Shown here: positions 58,101 through 64,000 of the stretch, piece by piece | How the letters are laid out: each line of letters opens with the position of its first letter | Position numbering within the stretch: position 1 is the stretch's first letter | Origin: Podarcis pityusensis | Lineage: Eukaryota | Direction: 5' to 3' (one strand) | Assembly (NCBI GenBank): GCA_964106645.2 | Contig: OZ067044.1 | DNA: 64,000 bases | The notes under the pieces: model-generated | What the model was told of the DNA's origin: nothing | The model's input: the letters and a program-made list of their open reading frames with translations, nothing else | The model's database searches: none | Made by a program: the position numbers and the translations under genes

Positions 58101-60520
58101 AGTATTAGACAAATTGTTAATCTATACTTTCACTCATGAATTATTTTGCATTCATTCCTCTGGATAACAATTTGGTCTACTCTCCCATCTAGTTTGCATA
58201 GGCACTTTTCTTCTTTATTTTCAAAGAAAATAAAAAGCTCCCATTACATTCCAAAATTTTAGAGAAATATTCAAGACTTACTAAATCTGCACCAGCTTGA
58301 AGCAGAACATCTGCAACATCAGTGTGTCCATTTTCACAGGCATAGGTCAAGGCAGTGTCTCCTGTTGCAGTTGTTGCATGGACATTAGCGCCTGTGGAAG
58401 AGTGTGGAATTAGATTACTCACAATGTATTAAAAAAATCTACCCAATTAACACTCAACCTAGAACGGCTCATAAAACATTTCCTTTCTCAAATGCTACTG
58501 ACAGGATACCTCAACTGGAAACAACATTTAAAAAAAATAAAGCACTGGTGAGGTGACAGAATATTTATTTTAGGCTAGCACTCTCTGAGCAGCAAGTCAC
58601 CCCTCTGCATATCACAGGTTCCTTTGGTAACATTTCTCAGTTTCATAAGTCTTTTGCTATTGAGTACAGGGACTGCCACTGAGAACACAAACGCTCTTGG
58701 GAAAACCAGTCAAATGAATCTGGACACTGAAGTCTTAGGCATGTCATCCTGATGGGAGTATTAAACATGTCACAAAAATGTTGTGAAGATTAACCACATA
58801 AACATTTTGAATACTAAATACTTTTACATTATTGATACTAATTTCCAATGGTTCCAGAATTATGACTATATTCTTCATTGCTCCGGAGAAACTACATTGT
58901 GACTCATGCAAGAAAGTGTTGAGGGATTACAATTTGCATCAATAAATTGGCCATAGTAGTCAAGAGTGATTAGAGTCAGAGTTGAAAAACATCTGAAGGT
59001 CCAATATCTGGTTTATCTCTTCCAACTGTAATAGCAAACATACCTGCTGCTAGTAAATACTTCACCAGCTCTAAGTGGCCCTCTTGTGCCGCTTCCATCA
59101 AAGGTGTAGAACAACCAAGTTCTATGTCAGCTCCTGCCTTAATGAGGAAGTCAGCTACTTCCGAAAACCCTCCACAGCATGCTAAAGTTAGAGCTGTCTC
59201 CTGTGTCTCTTCTGTCTGTGCGTTTATATTAGCACCTACAAAAAAATTTATTTAGGAAAAAAAATCATTAGCATGCCCATTTGATATTGGTTCCCCCCAC
59301 TGGATTTTAGTGCTATTTATTGGCCTGCATTTCTTCATATGGTTTCTGCTAATTTCTGTGCTAGCGCAGCTTCTGCATGGACAGTCTTAGTTTACTGTAT
59401 TCATTTATTTTTTTAAATTTGTGACCTGCCCAGAAGACATGGTTGATTATTGTGTGGTATGGTATAAAATATAAAAACCAAATATCAAATAAATAAATCC
59501 ACTGGCTTACCACAATGGCAATAAAAGGCCCAACACCTTGAAAAAATGGTTTTAAAAGAGGTACAATAGAGCAATTTTCTCTCAACTTATCTGCCAGGTA
59601 ACACATTAACTTAAGACATTTTCACACATTCCACACCCAGTTAAGCAAAGATGCCTCCCTGCAATACCTGCTTCTTGGTCTACACTTGGCTCTTCTTACG
59701 AAGGTAGCCAACAGAGCAATGTTATGGTGTGCAAGATCCTCATCCAATCTGCAAAGTATTAGCAGTAGAGGTAGGAACAAGTGGGAGAAACACAGAAGCA
59801 CCAGCCAAACATTAAGCACTGGAGGCACATTTGTACTCTTCCCAAAGTAGCAGCCTAATAATGAGCTTTGTGGAACTGCTGCTGGCACAGATAAAGGACA
59901 ACATTCCTTAATCACATCTTCAACACTGGCTGGCTGAGCAAGTTCCTTTAAACCCCTTCTCTTGCCTTTTCCTTTAGCACAAAATGAAGGTTTCCTAAGC
60001 CAATAAACATCACATTCTGCAATAAAAGGTGCTTAGAAATTAATCAGGTTGGTTGGGAACACCATTTTTTACTCCAATTACTATTTTTATTGATCTAGAG
60101 AATTCTGAATAGGCTAGCAGCCCTAGTAATTATCCTCAATGTAAGAGGCACCAGAATCAACACCACAATTGGTGTTTGGGGACTGGACTAGATGATTCTT
60201 GTGGTCCCTTCCAACTCTACCACCAAGAAAGAAGCTAGTAAAAATATTAACGCTCTAATTTGCAACACATGTGTTGTCTTACCTTGAGCTAGTAAGAGAG
60301 CCACCATCTCCTCGTGGCCTTCCCGAGCAGCTTCCATTAATGGAGTATAACCTTCATCATTAACTTCCTCAAGGTTTGCTCCCCTTTCTATTAGCAGGGC
60401 TGCTAGCTCCACATGGCCACCACAAGCAGCAAGCGTCAGTGGAGATTCAAAGGAATCAGCAGGCATGTTCACTTGAGCACCACTATCCAGTAACAGACGA
60501 GCTACTTCCACATGCCCATC
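1..60520 (-). CDS. ANKHD1: ANKHD1 (MASK1) multi-exon gene, partial (approx. exons 8-33; both ends lie outside the window)
   Basis: Spliced translation gives ankyrin repeats, a KH domain and ANKHD1-type linkers (GTSKQKSTSLQVADQ..., VTTPSTNRKNKKNKTK..., RSSFPVSLPLAY...) that match recalled human ANKHD1 rather than paralog ANKRD17. All junctions are GT-AG with consistent phases. Confidence 0.96.
1840..2015 (-). CDS. ANKHD1: ANKHD1 exon ~32 (EGMSGWSQPVMGNHPVHQQ...FVDFSK)
   Basis: ttctag|AAGGC ... TAAA|gtacgc; 176 nt, phase 1-0. Confidence 0.91.
3504..3755 (-). CDS. ANKHD1: ANKHD1 exon ~31 (CESPIPSVSSG...PPPIGTERLARIRQGG...GVNNVS)
   Basis: catcag|GTGAA ... TCAG|gtgagt; 252 nt, phase 1-1; internal alternative acceptor at 3704. 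Confidence 0.91.
5210..5389 (-). CDS. ANKHD1: ANKHD1 exon ~30 (LPSLDPSS...QHFSPHPWTSATNS)
   Basis: ttgtag|ACTTA ... TCAT|gtagga; 180 nt, phase 1-1. Confidence 0.9.
5983..6098. mobile_element. Degenerate short hAT-like hairpin MITE (ggactacaactcccatc family)
   Basis: Family core gatgttgttgggactacagttcccat with a CAGG start and ...ccccatccct end; approximate ends. Confidence 0.55.
7525..9137 (-). CDS. ANKHD1: ANKHD1 exon ~29, end of KH plus S/T/P-rich disordered region
   Basis: tttcag|GGGTG ... GTAG|gtgagt; 1613 nt, phase 2-1; includes most of ORF 7490..8857. Confidence 0.94.
9246..9395 (-). CDS. ANKHD1: ANKHD1 exon ~28, KH domain (SKKLSVPASVVSRIMGRGGCNITAIQDVTGAHIDVDKQKDKNGERMITI)
   Basis: atttag|GTCAA ... 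TAAG|gtagag; 150 nt; KH GxxG loop (GRGG). Confidence 0.94.
9476..9554 (+). mobile_element. Sauria SINE 3' fragment
   Basis: gagatgagc...caggagtcctttaccttta tail shared with the fuller copy at 30579. Confidence 0.65.
11104..12800 (-). mobile_element. Decayed L2-clade LINE (3' part of ORF2/RT plus tail)
   Basis: Frameshifted RT fragments: QQYADDT, NKLKLSPDKT, QNLAARLLTG...LHWLPISF...FRVLVLTYKAL; AAT-rich tail; approximate ends. Confidence 0.85.
11233..11326. mobile_element. 94-bp hAT-type MITE nested in the L2 3' end
   Basis: TIR catagctatcaactttt / aaacgttgacagctatg; perfect 8-bp TSD tgtagaat (11225-11232, 11327-11334). Confidence 0.85.
13232..13378 (-). CDS. ANKHD1: ANKHD1 exon ~27 (LEGEANPNSLTT...EEGWKEVVR)
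   Basis: ttttag|ACTTG ... GAAG|gtaagt; 147 nt, phase 2-2. Confidence 0.93.
14780..14847 (-). mobile_element. (CAA)n microsatellite plus short LINE 3'-tail fragment
   Basis: (aca)n then tttataccccgcccatctggctgggtttccccagccactctg; same tail motif at 19120. Confidence 0.6.
15016..15595. mobile_element. Old hAT-like MITE containing a nested Tc1/mariner MITE
   Basis: Degenerate TIRs caagcatgggaaac / gttagccacccctg; imperfect 8-bp TSD ctctaaaa / ctctagat. Confidence 0.5.
15264..15481 (+). mobile_element. Tc1/mariner (Tigger-like) MITE, 218 bp (strand is relative orientation only)
   Basis: TIR cagtggtacctc..gaggtaccactg; TA target duplication on both sides. Confidence 0.92.
16121..16577 (-). CDS. 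ANKHD1: ANKHD1 exon ~26 (VDQEVPLEPPSATTTTTIG...SKVQT)
   Basis: tttcag|TTGAT ... CCAG|gtgagt; 457 nt, phase 1-2. Confidence 0.93.
16960..18430 (+). mobile_element. Decayed L2-clade LINE fragment
   Basis: RT remnants (CHQYTDNT; ctgaggcttaatccagacaagacggagg = LRLNPDKTE; ttcaaagtgcttgtattaacc = FKVLVLT); approximate ends. Confidence 0.75.
18729..18903 (-). CDS. ANKHD1: ANKHD1 exon ~25, basic NLS-like plus acidic segment (SREESRKQALAAKREKRKEKRKKKKEEQ...)
   Basis: ccacag|TCCAGA ... GATG|gtgagg; 175 nt, phase 0-1. Confidence 0.92.
19072..19205 (-). repeat. (AAT)~16 microsatellite as tail of a short LINE 3' fragment
   Basis: Perfect aat run 19072-19119 followed by ggctgggtttcccaagccactctgggcggcttcc. 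Confidence 0.8.
19467..19692 (-). mobile_element. Tc1/mariner (Tigger-like) MITE, 226 bp; same family as 15264-15481, opposite orientation
   Basis: TIR cagtggtacctcgggtta..taacccgaggtaccactg; TA TSD; interior is the reverse complement of the 15264 copy. Confidence 0.92.
20357..20473 (-). CDS. ANKHD1: ANKHD1 exon ~24 (DLLKKCHQCVETIVKAKDQQ...ELDLEK)
   Basis: gtatag|GATTTG ... AAAG|gtaaga; 117 nt, phase 0-0. Confidence 0.93.
22234..22329 (-). CDS. ANKHD1: ANKHD1 exon ~23 (GHVRVVQFLVKEVNQFPSDIECMRYIATITDK)
   Basis: ttccag|GGTCAC ... CAAG|gtgagt; 96 nt, phase 0-0. Confidence 0.93.
22357..24760 (-). mobile_element. Decayed L2-clade LINE (ORF2 remnants)
   Basis: Fragments such as DYLNPLQSGFRP, VVPAALKE, AGHTL..., DHFLVKF; many stops and frameshifts; approximate ends. 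Confidence 0.75.
25111..25273 (-). CDS. ANKHD1: ANKHD1 exon ~22, ankyrin (GAHIDVRNKKGNTPLWLAANGG...SAFRK)
   Basis: tttcag|GGGGG ... TAAA|gtaagt; 163 nt, phase 2-0. Confidence 0.93.
26271..26397. mobile_element. Short hAT-like hairpin MITE (ggactacaactcccatc family)
   Basis: gggaacctg...ggactaaactcccatc...gatgggagttg...catctggaggg...ttcctcacccc, internally inverted. Confidence 0.6.
26870..27045 (-). CDS. ANKHD1: ANKHD1 exon ~21, ankyrin (TGLTPLMEAASGG...CELLIN)
   Basis: aaacag|ACTGGG ... ATCG|gtatgt; 176 nt, phase 0-2. Confidence 0.93.
27745..27818 (+). repeat. 25-bp tandem repeat x3 (tgacaggaagtgaggaaagatcaac)
   Basis: Directly visible; two perfect copies and one near-perfect copy. Confidence 0.95.
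28716..28929 (-). CDS. ANKHD1: ANKHD1 exon ~20, ankyrin (TGSKLGISPLMLAAMNGH...EHRAK)
   Basis: ctctag|GACTG ... AAAG|gtgagc; 214 nt, phase 2-0. Confidence 0.93.
29373..29515 (-). CDS. ANKHD1: ANKHD1 exon ~19, ankyrin (VVDLLLARGANKEHRNVSDY...EINS)
   Basis: tttcag|GTTGTT ... CAAG|gtaata; 143 nt, phase 0-2. Confidence 0.93.
29803..29933. mobile_element. 131-bp hAT (Charlie-like) hairpin MITE
   Basis: TIR caaggtttcccaaa / tttgggaaaccctg; 8-bp TSD gtctatat / ctctatat; whole element is quasi-palindromic. Confidence 0.85.
30579..30926 (+). mobile_element. Sauria SINE (tRNA-derived head, ACCTTT-type tail)
   Basis: A/B-box-like head (gctgtggtctaaacc...cagttcaaatc), core ctcctgccaacctagcagtttgaaagc, tail gtcctttaccttt. 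Confidence 0.85.
31283..31428 (-). CDS. ANKHD1: ANKHD1 exon ~18, ankyrin (GFTPLILAATAGH...SGGRQE)
   Basis: tattag|GATTT ... AGAG|gtaaat; 146 nt, phase 1-0. Confidence 0.93.
31807..31918 (-). CDS. ANKHD1: ANKHD1 exon ~17, ankyrin (TESNHDTALTLACAGGHEELV...HRDKK)
   Basis: gttaag|ACGGAG ... AAGG|gtaagc; 112 nt, phase 0-1 (AAG acceptor). Confidence 0.92.
32037..32176 (-). CDS. ANKHD1: ANKHD1 exon ~16 (AVNSRVPTGS...PSVDIDAH)
   Basis: ttccag|CTGTT ... CCAC|gtgagt; 140 nt, phase 1-0. Confidence 0.93.
32860..33590 (-). mobile_element. Decayed CR1-like LINE fragment
   Basis: Recognisable antisense CR1 ORF2 tracts (accagaactgcacatagtattcaa..., gtgtcattagaaaatttgg..., ggtcatttatgaac); approximate ends. 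Confidence 0.6.
34348..34760. mobile_element. 413-bp hAT MITE with long internal inverted repeat
   Basis: TIR cagtgttagaaaat / atttcgaacgctg; perfect 8-bp TSD catactgg (34340-34347, 34761-34768). Confidence 0.85.
34823..34950. mobile_element. CR1 3' end (antisense) fused to half of a hAT hairpin MITE
   Basis: atagaat...ttggaagggacc...catctagtccaacc, then gatgggagttgtagtcc...tttgggaaaccctg. Confidence 0.6.
35427..35565. mobile_element. Short hAT hairpin MITE
   Basis: caggga...ccctccagag / ctctggaggg...cccatg; TSD ttctacac / tactacac. Confidence 0.7.
36133..36183 (+). mobile_element. CR1 3'-terminal fragment
   Basis: gttggactagatgatcctcagggttctttccaactctacagttctat; similar stub at ~60185-60220. 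Confidence 0.6.
41571..42320 (-). CDS. ANKHD1: ANKHD1 exon ~15, coiled-coil/Q-rich linker (GTSKQKS...TLDDLLA)
   Basis: gcttag|GTACA ... GCAG|gtgggt; 750 nt, phase 1-1; within ORF 41425..42354. Confidence 0.93.
44330..44950 (+). mobile_element. Decayed L2-clade LINE fragment
   Basis: WIRANKLNLSPGKKE and cagctaggctgttaact...ctacactggcta (AARLL..LHWL) remnants; approximate ends. Confidence 0.65.
47703..47880 (-). mobile_element. RTE Bov-B LINE 3' end
   Basis: (ttg)n tail plus tgtccgactcttcgtgaccccatggac...catctcgtcctctgtcgtccccttctcct, the characteristic antisense Bov-B 3' terminus. Confidence 0.85.
50181..50721. mobile_element. 541-bp Tc1/mariner (Tigger-like) MITE with internal minisatellite
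   Basis: TIR cagtggtgcctcgcaagacgaa / ttcgtcttgcggggcaccactg; TA TSD; CpG-rich. Confidence 0.92.
50317..50545. repeat. ~23-bp tandem array, 10 units (gatcagctgataagcggcttagc)
   Basis: Units counted directly; 22-24 bp variants. Confidence 0.95.
55510..55612 (-). CDS. ANKHD1: ANKHD1 exon ~14 (VPRVPMHTLAMVVPPQEPDRAPQENPPALLSLPK)
   Basis: ttgcag|GTTCCA ... AAAG|gttagt; 103 nt, phase 0-1. Confidence 0.92.
56030..56173 (-). CDS. ANKHD1: ANKHD1 exon ~13 (DGSTMLIEAAKGGHTNVVSYLLDYP...QDQSQ)
   Basis: ttccag|GATGGC ... TCAG|gtaagc; 144 nt, phase 0-0. Confidence 0.93.
56347..56474 (-). CDS. ANKHD1: ANKHD1 exon ~12 (GANVNRATANNDHTVVSLACAGG...THRLK)
   Basis: cgatag|GTGCC ... TAAG|gtattc; 128 nt, phase 1-0. 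Confidence 0.93.
57304..57391 (-). CDS. ANKHD1: ANKHD1 exon ~11 (EHESEGGRTPLMKAARAGHLCTVQFLISKG)
   Basis: aaacag|GAGCAT ... AAAG|gttggt; 88 nt, phase 0-1. Confidence 0.92.
58282..58391 (-). CDS. ANKHD1: ANKHD1 exon ~10, ankyrin (GANVHATTATGDTALTYACENG...QAGADL)
   Basis: ccacag|GCGCT ... TTTA|gtaagt; 110 nt, phase 1-0. Confidence 0.93.
59044..59235 (-). CDS. ANKHD1: ANKHD1 exon ~9, ankyrin (GANINAQTEETQETALTLACCGG...KYLLAAG)
   Basis: tgtag|GTGCT ... GCAG|gtatgt; 192 nt, phase 1-1; not in ORF track. Confidence 0.93.
60283..60520 (-). CDS. ANKHD1: ANKHD1 exon ~8, ankyrin repeats (DGHVEVARLLLDSGAQ...ALLLAQG)
   Basis: aatag|GATGGG ... CAAG|gtaaga; 238 nt, phase 0-1. Confidence 0.93.
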
Positions 60521-60527
60521 CTATTTC

Positions 60528-60577
<50 letters not shown>
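60528..60577. repeat. (AAAG)~12 microsatellite
   Basis: Directly visible; abuts the exon ~8 acceptor. Confidence 0.95.
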
Positions 60578-61351
60578 CTCAAATATTCTAGAAAGGAAAT
60601 TTTCAATATCATTTGAATTATGTTAGGAATGTATGTTCACTCTTCAGTTTAAATTGCAAACAACTGAATTTACTGTGAAATCTTATTATGATCAGCGGAG
60701 TGAAACATGCAGGAATGTCATCTTCTAGAAAACAGGGTCAAAACTTTTCTTTTTTTAAAATTTCCAGTTGCTACAGCCAGATGAGACCTTTCCACTAGTC
60801 CACAGACTGGTTATAGTAACTAAAATGTATCCGAAGGAGAACCCCACTGTGTCTAATAACAAGAACTATGAAACAAGAACAGAAGAAGCAATACAGAAGC
60901 CAAGTGAGAAGGTAAAGCAGAAGAGATATCAGTGGAATCAGGTTCAACTTGAATCAAGCTGTATATGCCACTCTCCACTGACCAGAAAGCGTCCAAGTTT
61001 CTATTCTTAGTCAGTGGAGGAGTGAAGCATACAAAAGAGATGTTCAGAAGCAGTATACCTTGAAACTGAGTGGGATGACAACTTCCAGTTACAGGAACTG
61101 CTGAAGGACCCTCCTTCTGGAGGCCACATCAGCTGATGCAAACTTGTCCACCTTGTGGAGTCTCACTAAGCTGTGTGTGTGGACCTCGATGGCTGCTCCA
61201 TATATAACTTCCAGAGGAGCAGTGGTGTGTACAGTCACATTTGGTGGCCGTTGTCCATCCGGGTCCCCCCCCCCGAATGTGCAGCAATGCTGGGAGAAGA
61301 CCAGCTGAATTTAAGAGCAGTATGGCTGCAGAACTCCTTAACCCACTACAT

Positions 61352-61537
61352 CAGGGGTTGTCAACCTGGTCCCTACCGCCCACTAGTGGGTGTTTCAGGA
61401 TTCTAGGTGGGCAGTAGGGGGTTCTACGGCAGAAGCTGAATCCTCCTTCCATTGAGCACTGGTGGGCGGTAAGGAAATTTTACCATCAAGACAGATGCAT
61501 TAGTGGGCGGTAGGTATAAAAAAGTTGACTACCCCTG
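61352..61537. mobile_element. 186-bp hAT MITE
   Basis: TIR caggggttgtcaac / gttgactacccctg (13/14); perfect 8-bp TSD cactacat (61344-61351, 61538-61545). Confidence 0.9.
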
Positions 61538-63231
61538 CACTACATGATGGTTGATTGGGAACTTTTTTGCCCTGGACCACTGCCTTCTAGGAGTTAACCC
61601 TTTCCTGTATGCTCCACTCTTCTGCTGTCCAAGAATCAACTATTCTTCCACACCTTCTATATTCAGATGCACCTGTACTAATTGCATGGGATGAAGAGTC
61701 ACAAGATATTCTGCTGGACAGAGCATGCACAAATCTAGGAGCATCTACAAGAGTTTGTTTGTTTGTCATCAATTTAGAGTAGATATTTAATTCCATGTTC
61801 ATTGCAGCTTGCTGGGGACAGGGAGGGGAAGTTTGGCATTGTCCTCCATTTTCAACATGGTTGCAGGGATCAGCTGAAAGAATACCACAGCACAATAGAT
61901 TTTGTTGATTATTTTCTGAATTCATGGGAGCTGTAGTTCAGCAACATGGAGGGCCAAAGGTTCCCCATACCTAGCTTAACGTTATATGTGAACAGAGTCA
62001 CTTCATTCTCATTTAGGCACAACCTCCCTAGAGAGGTATACCCATCACTGCCTACTGTTAGGCAGACAGCAATAGACCATTGTTTCACTGAGCCTTTTAG
62101 AATATTTGCCCCTTTGCTGCTGCTTAATCAGTTGCTACTTACTATGCGATATGATTGTTGCTTTTATTCAAATGCTTCTATGATGTCTCACAGCAGATCA
62201 TGAAGTGTATTCTTATATACAAAATATAAAGTGTATCATTGATACAGAATATACCTAATTCTATGCAGTTTCCCAGCAGTAACTGTCCTTACATGTTTTT
62301 CAAACCAGGCAGTAGGCAATCAAAGCTTTGACTACTCACTGCATCCTTATATAGCACAAGTGCTAATGGCATAATGCAGAAGACTACTGCAGCATTAGAC
62401 CATTCTTCTTCAGAGAGGTGGTTACTATATTTATCCTCTTTTTCTGGCTATTACAAGCTACAGTTAGTTTACTGCTAACCTAAGTTGTGATTGCAAGCTG
62501 TTAACAACTCATTCCCCACTACTAGCTTTTACAATTTTACCAAGCTGAAGAAAAATAGTGTTCGACTTAAAATTATATGCCATGACAAAAAATACTGGAA
62601 TGCTGTTTTTAGAACATAAATGAATAGCTGTGATCTTGCATAAACATTCTTGCAATGTGTTTTCTTTAAGTAGTGAAAGAGGTAAGGCTAGGTATGCTCA
62701 AGTTCTTCAGTTTTCTTCAACCAAAACACCATTTAATCCAATGGTTATTTTACCATGCAAGCCTCCATTAAAGCTGTGTGCATCTCATCTGTTTTGTGCT
62801 CTTGGTCAGCTCCAGCTTCAAGCAGGAAACGAACCATATCTAAGTGACCTTCAAATAAAAGAGAAAAATCAGCATGTTACAAGACCTAATAATGGTTCAA
62901 ACCAACTATGCTTAACAGTTTCACACCAAGCTAGTACATTAAGACAACTTAACGTACTAACACATTGTATATTGGCATGTGGCAGCTTTTGTCAGAGGCC
63001 ATTTCATTGCATGCATTGAATAGTATGGTTTGTTGTAAGCCATATATACATATGGATGTAAAGAGGAACAAAATGTAAAGGTTGGAGTCAAATGGCAATG
63101 GAATGAAAACAGTAGTCCATGGCAATTTGATATGAGCTTAAATATAATTTATATTATGTATGCATAATTGAAAATAACTTTTTAAAAAGATCCTTCACAG
63201 CAGCAGTAATAATCGGGATATGTTAGATATG

Positions 63232-63767
63232 TTATGTGAGGATGGCCTAGAAGTCGATTGGAAACTTCAATTGATCCAAAATACAGAGGACAAATTACTG
63301 ACTGGGGTTCCATTTAGATGACTTATAGCCCCCATTTAAAAACAGTTGCACTGGTTGCCAGATAACCACAGGCCTAATTCAGGGTGTTCATGTTAGCGTT
63401 CAAAGCCCTAAACAAAACTGAGTCCCCAGATCTCTGAAAAACCATCTCCTTCCATACAGACCTTTTAAAATCAGCAGAGGGTTATCGCTTGGTAGTTCCA
63501 CTGCCTGAGAGAAGGCACTCTGTGGCAGCCACTTAGTTGTGGAACTCGCACCTCTGTGGGGAGGATCTGGCAACTTCATTATACCGTCTTTGGCAAACGC
63601 TGAAGACGCACCTCTTTAGCCAGGGGCCTTTGACACCTGAGGTATATATTTTCAGGACACACCCTATTTTTTGAGGTTGCATCTTTTGTACTGGTATAAC
63701 ATTAAAAGCAGTGTTTAAAATTTAAATTGTTGTAACCCATCCTGGGACATTAGGGAAGGCATGTATG

Positions 63768-63803
<36 letters not shown>
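63232..63803 (+). mobile_element. L2-clade LINE 3' end with (AATC)n tail
   Basis: cagttgcactggttgcca (QLHWLP), ttcaaagcccta (FKAL), terminal (aatc)~8; approximate start. Confidence 0.75.
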
Positions 63804-64000
63804 GCTCTACTGAGCACTCCTTCTTCCCCAACAGGCTTAGGAAAATATGCCCTGAATGCAATGTTAGTATTTGAAAAACAGGAAATCTAGGAAACTGAGG
63901 TAGTTTCTGAATTAAGATGCTGGTAGTGATATTGCCAGGTGACATTCCCCCCCTCAATTTTAATCCAATGACCAAACAACTTTTAAAAATGTAGAATAAA

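Noticed and set aside
1-60520. Assignment to paralog ANKRD17
   Set aside because: Ankyrin cores are shared, but the linker and C-terminal sequences match recalled ANKHD1.
62630-63019. 129-aa ORF and other 60-130 aa intronic ORFs (e.g. 4721..5122, 51269..51667)
   Set aside because: No recognisable domains, often non-ATG starts, and lengths expected by chance.

Overview
Eukaryotic genomic DNA, probably from a squamate reptile (lacertid-like; inferred from a Sauria SINE, Bov-B, L2/CR1 LINEs and hAT/Tc1-mariner MITEs). The whole window lies inside one minus-strand gene, ANKHD1 (MASK1, ankyrin repeat and KH domain protein 1). I traced 25 complete GT-AG exons plus the first 15 nt of the next, equivalent to human exons ~8-33 (numbering inferred from recalled human structure). 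Phases are consistent throughout and the spliced frame is intact. The exons encode ankyrin block 1, a 750-nt coiled-coil linker exon, ankyrin block 2, a basic NLS-like segment, the KH domain and a long S/T/P-rich C-terminal region. Introns contain decayed LINE/SINE fragments, many short DNA-transposon MITEs with clear TIRs/TSDs, and microsatellites. There is no prokaryotic-type system (CRISPR, operons etc.), and most short ORFs in the track are spurious. The best second-look items concern splicing and RNA structure: a candidate in-frame 21-nt microexon, several candidate stop-containing (poison) exons suggesting AS-NMD control, an in-frame alternative acceptor and a NAGNAG, an inverted MITE pair bracketing exons 25-26 (circRNA/editing potential), a MITE with a doubly palindromic 23-bp array, and a MITE with a 64-bp hairpin. 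All of these are hypotheses needing RNA-seq or conservation tests.
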